Shown here: positions 63,936 through 64,000 of the stretch, piece after piece
Layout of the letters: every line of letters starts with the position of its first letter
Numbering within the stretch: the stretch's first letter is position 1
Source of the DNA: Desulfurococcales archaeon
GTDB lineage: Archaea > Thermoproteota > Thermoprotei_A > Sulfolobales > Desulfurococcaceae
DNA: 64,000 nt
Assembly (NCBI GenBank): GCA_027022365.1
Contig: JALVYU010000011.1
Coordinates: 99,742-163,741 of the forward strand
Reading direction: 5' to 3'
Translations under genes and position numbers: made by a program
The notes under the pieces: model-generated
Told to the model about the DNA's origin: nothing
What the model saw: only the letters and a program-made list of their open reading frames with translations
The model's database searches: none

Positions 63936-64000
63936 CGTCTCACCCCAGCGGCACCCATGTCGATGCTTTTGAACCGTACTGTGAGACGAAGGTTATCCTG
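63932..64000 (-). CDS. 3' end of an upstream archaellum gene (probably arlF or arlG), truncated by the window edge
   Basis: Open frame RITFVSQYGSKASTWVPLGVRR*, with TGA overlapping the arlH ATG. Confidence 0.5.
   Translation of the reverse strand, partial: QDNLRLTVRFKSIDMGAAGVRR

Overview
Gene-dense chromosomal segment from a (hyper)thermophilic archaeon, most likely Thermoproteota/Desulfurococcales. This is inferred from GGTGA RBSs, TTG/GTG starts, a crenarchaeal-type SpeH, an Agl24-like GT and an archaellum arlHIJ locus. Left half: sugar ABC operon, a lesion-bearing FrhAGB-like [NiFe]-hydrogenase operon, a P3A-type H+-ATPase, a MacB-type ABC pair flanking a 1681-aa repeat surface protein, and metal transport genes (MgtE-like, ZnuABC-like plus NikR-like). 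Middle: AdoMetDC with a structured leader and uORF, a 4-subunit proline-dehydrogenase-like complex, ArgRS, a class III aminotransferase, and an AT-richer glycan-modification islet containing a pseudogene. Right: ROK kinase with an apparent non-canonical start, tRNA-Ala(CGC), an orphan CARF-like/PIN protein, N-glycosylation genes, SpeE, and arlJ-arlI(intein)-arlH. I saw no CRISPR array, rRNA or transposase. The best candidates for undescribed biology are the orphan CARF-PIN protein, the polyamine-gene leader (PP-containing uORF plus alternative G/C hairpins), the Frh-like hydrogenase, and an RHH protein carrying an AlkP-type 'ERLRALGY' tail. All family calls come from motif recognition by eye; no database searches were run.
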